Of a DNA stretch of 64,000 nt, positions 63,537 to 64,000 are shown piece by piece (position 1 is the stretch's first letter; every line of letters starts with the position of its first letter). The notes below the pieces were generated by a model, which was not told the DNA's origin, made no database searches, and worked only from the letters and a program-made list of their open reading frames with translations. The stretch comes from a bacterium. Lineage in GTDB: Bacteria > Chlamydiota > Chlamydiia > Chlamydiales > SM23-39. The position numbers and the translations under genes are program-made. The stretch is from assembly GCA_021781995.1 (NCBI GenBank), contig JAJXVT010000003.1, forward strand, positions 3,112 through 67,111, in the 5' to 3' direction.

Positions 63537-63595
63537 TCTCTCTGGCAGCTCCGCTGCAATTATATTGTAACCAATTAAAAATCAACGAGGAAGAT

Positions 63596-64000
63596 ATGGT
63601 TTTGTCGCGATCTGAACTTTCGAAAAATGACAAGTGGAATGTGGAAGCTCTCTATTCTTCCCCAGCTAAGTGGACAGAAGATTTTGCCAAAGCCAAAGGG
63701 GGGAGTGCAGAACCTCATTGGCCCGAGTTGCGGCAATATCAAGGAAAGTTATCTGATCCCCATTCTATCGCTGCTTATATGGAAAAATATTTAACAATAG
63801 ACCGTCTTTTGGCCAAATTGGCTACTTATGCCCATTTGCGAGCAGATGAAGATTTAGGAGATGACGAAGCGAAGCGCAATTTCGGTTTAATTTCTTCTGT
63901 CAGCCATGAATTTCGACTTGAGACATCTTGGATGGAGCCGGAGCTTTTGGCCTTGAAGCAAACAGAGATCGATCGTCTTTTAGCTGATCCTGTGCTGAAA
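63596..64000 (+). CDS. pepF: Oligoendopeptidase F (M3B), N-terminal part (3' end beyond window)
   Basis: The ATG at 63596 follows GAGGAAG and the frame stays open to the window end. MVLSRSELSKNDKWNVEALYSSPAKW...YAHLRADEDLGDDEAK is PepF-like. It is absent from the ORF track because no stop lies in the window. Confidence 0.75.
   Translation, partial: MVLSRSELSKNDKWNVEALYSSPAKWTEDFAKAKGGSAEPHWPELRQYQGKLSDPHSIAAYMEKYLTIDRLLAKLATYAHLRADEDLGDDEAKRNFGLISSVSHEFRLETSWMEPELLALKQTEIDRLLADPVLK

Overview
This window reads as a chromosomal segment of an environmental, amoeba-associated member of the Chlamydiota (Parachlamydiales-like). Lineage markers are an NTT/Tlc-type nucleotide transporter, a double-length fused UvrA (1880 aa), a Lys-tailed L31, a CIRCE operator in front of groES-groEL, and a Ulp1/ChlaDub-like CE-clan protease. 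There is also an Inc-like protein with a long bilobed hydrophobic segment, a eukaryote-like Ser/Thr kinase and an ankyrin-like protein. About two thirds is housekeeping: ftsH end, pnp-rpsO, tadA, rpmE-prfA-prmC, ffh-rpsP-trmD-rplS-rnhB, yicC-gmk-metG, recD2, tRNA-Asn, uvrA, rsmI-holA, hemW, sucA-sucB-lpdA, dus and pepF start. The most unusual content is: (1) a minus-strand operon at 53.1-55.2 kb encoding a Cys/Ser-rich signal/lipoprotein-type 71-aa peptide, a DUF692 (MNIO) enzyme and a DUF2063 partner. It looks like a methanobactin/bufferin-type peptide-modification system with a precursor I do not recognise. (2) A + strand operon at 23.9-29.5 kb with a 2H-phosphoesterase-archease fusion, RtcB, a signal-peptide P-loop (dNK-like) kinase and a divergent class II RNR-like protein fused to a DUF402 domain. 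(3) An archaeal-type AspRS fused to a YbaK/ProX-like deacylase domain. (4) A dispersed family of MITE/REP-like palindromic intergenic elements, one of which splits the MNIO operon. (5) A recombinase remnant at tRNA-Asn next to a divergent ackA/xfp pair, plus a GC-rich aspartic-protease-like gene fragment. No rRNA, CRISPR array or prophage was seen. Hand-counted coordinates may be off by 1-2 nt.
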